A stretch of 54,187 nt of DNA from a bacterium. GTDB lineage: Bacteria; Patescibacteriota; Minisyncoccia; UBA6257; 2-01-FULL-56-20. The stretch spans positions 1 to 54,187 of the forward strand of contig DAIDAM010000009.1 in assembly GCA_027310625.1 (NCBI GenBank). The letters run 5' to 3'. Position numbers and translations under genes: made by a program. The notes below the pieces were generated by a model. It was given only the letters and a program-made list of their open reading frames with translations, made no database searches and was not told the origin of the DNA. How positions within the stretch are numbered: the first letter of the stretch is position 1; each line of letters begins with the position of its first letter. Positions 53,793 to 54,187 of this stretch are shown here, piece by piece.

Positions 53793-54187
53793 ATGTTGGG
53801 CAAAGGACTGGAATCCTTAATACCGCCGACCGATAAGCAACAAGTGACAGGTAACCAGGGGCAAGACAAAGCAGACGCAGCACAGGAAAAAATAGGTGGA
53901 GAAAATTTTTCTTCCGAAACTCCGCAGCAGGCTGAGCATGGTCCGTCGTTTTCAGGCCCGCGAAGCGGGACGCCGACGGTCGGCCAGCGAGGACAAGCAA
54001 GCGAGTCGCTGGACGAGCGAAGCGGGTTGAAGAAAGAAAAATTTTCTCCAAGAAAACCGGCGGCGAGCGACGCGGTTTTCCACATTGAGGTTGAAAAAAT
54101 AAAACCGAACCCGCATCAGCCGCGGAGAAATTTTGACGAAGAAACGCTTAAAGAACTCGCCGCCTCCATAAGAGAGTTCGGCATGCT
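53793..54187 (+). CDS. parB: ParB/Spo0J, 5' part (runs off the window)
   Basis: Open frame from ATG 53793: MLGKGLESLIP ... AVFHIEVEKIKPNPHQPRRNFDEETLKELAASIREFGM. Confidence 0.92.
   Translation, partial: MLGKGLESLIPPTDKQQVTGNQGQDKADAAQEKIGGENFSSETPQQAEHGPSFSGPRSGTPTVGQRGQASESLDERSGLKKEKFSPRKPAASDAVFHIEVEKIKPNPHQPRRNFDEETLKELAASIREFGM

Overview
The window is a stretch of a bacterial chromosome in genetic code 11. It most likely comes from a Patescibacteria/CPR (Parcubacteria-like) genome; this is inferred from gene content, alpha2-type GlyRS, the type IV pilus cluster and abundant palindromic and heptamer repeats. From about 10.9 to 52.1 kb almost all genes are on the minus strand and are housekeeping: leuS, tatD, metG, rplY, dcd, ftsZ/ftsA, ybeY, rpsU, hisS, lepB, pth, a type IV pilus locus, rluA, rseP, frr, holB, mreB, murA, glyQS and recO. 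parA, an NYN gene and a partial parB follow on the plus strand. The first 11 kb is accessory. It holds a tRNA cluster with a 'nested tRNA' architecture. A complete tRNA-Arg(CCT) lies inside an insertion at position 37/38 of a second tRNA-Arg(CCT). A complete tRNA-Ser(CGA), clamped by a 19-bp inverted repeat, lies with a small GIY-YIG nuclease gene between fragments of an interrupted tRNA-Ser. Cargo genes delimited by duplicated tRNA-Ser 3' ends follow. The region also has a cobalamin-riboswitch operon of transcobalamin-like proteins and an orphan purD. Short inverted-repeat elements occur across the window: some sit exactly at start codons, some sit in-frame inside core proteins, and some interrupt tRNAs. 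All calls come from reading the sequence; no database searches were run.
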